Below are positions 63,999 to 64,000 of a stretch of DNA of 64,000 nucleotides, in pieces. The stretch comes from Chiloscyllium plagiosum. Its lineage: Eukaryota. How positions within the stretch are numbered: the first letter of the stretch is position 1; each line of letters begins with the position of its first letter. The stretch lies in the NCBI RefSeq assembly GCF_004010195.1, contig NC_057718.1, forward strand, positions 51,107,941-51,171,940, in the 5' to 3' direction. The notes below the pieces were generated by a model. That model was not told where the DNA came from and made no database searches. It saw nothing but the letters and a program-made list of their open reading frames with translations. The position numbers and the translations under genes are program-made.

Positions 63999-64000
63999 CT

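Larger units (their letters stand above)
63289..64000. mobile_element. Penelope/Poseidon-like element with inverted left arm; runs off the window
   Basis: 63430-63498 is the reverse complement of 63745-63813; 63420-63430 mirrors 63990-64000; minus-strand pLTR at 63289-63430. Confidence 0.88.

Overview
Repeat-rich, eukaryotic, apparently non-coding DNA (intron or intergenic). The mix of CR1-clade LINEs, HE1/V-type tRNA SINEs and a Deu-type SINE points to a shark genome (inference). I found no host protein-coding exon I can support. The only long ORF (5970-7901) is the RT half of a young 5'-truncated CR1 LINE. The most striking signal is a set of about 15 minimal hammerhead ribozyme (HHR) motifs of the form stemI-CTGANGA-stemII-GAA-palindromic 4-mer-H-stemI'. 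They fall into several sequence families with compensatory changes in stems I and II and alternative stem-III palindromes (ACGT, AGCT). All lie in the 3' terminal repeats (pLTRs) of Penelope-like elements (PLEs): two ORF-bearing PLE remnants (40.6-44.5 kb; 63.3-64 kb) and many 130-380 bp non-coding derivatives. Most are head-to-head fold-backs with one complete and one 3'-truncated arm, and several are bounded by 12-14 bp target-site duplications (TSDs). Minimal HHRs in PLE pLTRs are established knowledge. The recurrent asymmetric fold-back geometry and the two-template insertion model proposed here are inference. Also present: nested solo LTRs, nested SINEs and Harbinger-like remnants. All coordinates and alignments were read by eye.
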